DNA of 32,000 nucleotides from Candidatus Saccharimonadota bacterium (GTDB lineage Bacteria; Patescibacteriota; Gracilibacteria; UBA1369; 2-02-FULL-48-14): NCBI GenBank assembly GCA_965230905.1, contig OZ246396.1, positions 120,001 to 152,000 of the forward strand, read 5' to 3'. Shown piece by piece: positions 31,846 to 32,000 of this stretch (position 1 is its first letter; each line of letters starts with the position of its first letter). The notes under the pieces were generated by a model. It saw only the letters and a program-made list of their open reading frames with translations, ran no database searches and was not told where the DNA came from. The position numbers and the translations under genes were made by a program.

Positions 31846-32000
31846 ATGAAACCTAAAAAAGGTCAAAGCGTTGAGATAAAAGTGGATTCCCTGGTGTATG
31901 GAGGAAGTGGAATTGGGCAAATCGATGGATTTAAAATTTTTGTGGAAGGAGCTGCGCCCGGTGACACCGTGGAGGCGAAAATGACCAAAGTGCGCAGCAA
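31846..32000 (+). CDS. N-terminus (TRAM domain) of an RNA (uracil-5)-methyltransferase, RlmD/RumA-like, truncated by window end
   Basis: MKPKKGQSVEIKVDSLVYGGSGIGQIDGFKIFVEGAAPGDTVEAKMTKVRS is the typical TRAM-domain start of the RumA family. Confidence 0.65.
   Translation, partial: MKPKKGQSVEIKVDSLVYGGSGIGQIDGFKIFVEGAAPGDTVEAKMTKVRS

Overview
Bacterial chromosomal window using the standard genetic code. Local GC is about 38-57%. Gene content hints at an uncultivated, possibly CPR/Patescibacteria-like lineage, but taxonomy cannot be fixed from sequence alone. Left part (1-13.4 kb): the 3' 5.3 kb of a giant RHS/YD-repeat polymorphic toxin. Its variable C-terminal tip, a putative immunity gene and a small membrane-protein gene together form a distinct low-GC cassette. 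A cell-surface cluster follows: an SLH-anchored acidic protein, a PilX-N-like protein, and a MopE-like Cys-motif protein with D-[ST] repeats and a Cys-containing C-terminal sorting signal. A CHASE2 class III adenylate cyclase closes this part. Middle (13.4-21.8 kb): housekeeping genes, namely a DUF1189-like membrane protein, rsmI, tsaB, an amidase-SpoIID fusion, trxA, a transporter-HEAT fusion and rnhA. From tRNA-Gly(UCC) at 21.8 kb to about 27.5 kb lies an accessory-looking stretch with the most unusual content. It holds a partial second copy of the tRNA 3' portion split by a 117-nt hairpin-rich insert, and two diverged paralogues of an uncharacterised Cys/His-motif protein, each downstream of a related CACGTG-centred palindrome. 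It also holds a HicB-like mini-gene translationally coupled to an APH-type kinase, an EamA transporter and a DUF475/TerC-like protein. It ends in a 0.9 kb ORF-free region containing nested inverted repeats, a 74-nt tmRNA-like tRNA-like domain without an mRNA-like domain, a 15-nt duplication of its central stem-loop, and an 11-bp x4 tandem repeat array. Right end: Nudix hydrolase, beta-CASP MBL ribonuclease, an orphan hypothetical, CapA-like phosphoesterase, rlmH and the start of a TRAM-domain methyltransferase. No CRISPR array, integrase, transposase or rRNA was seen.
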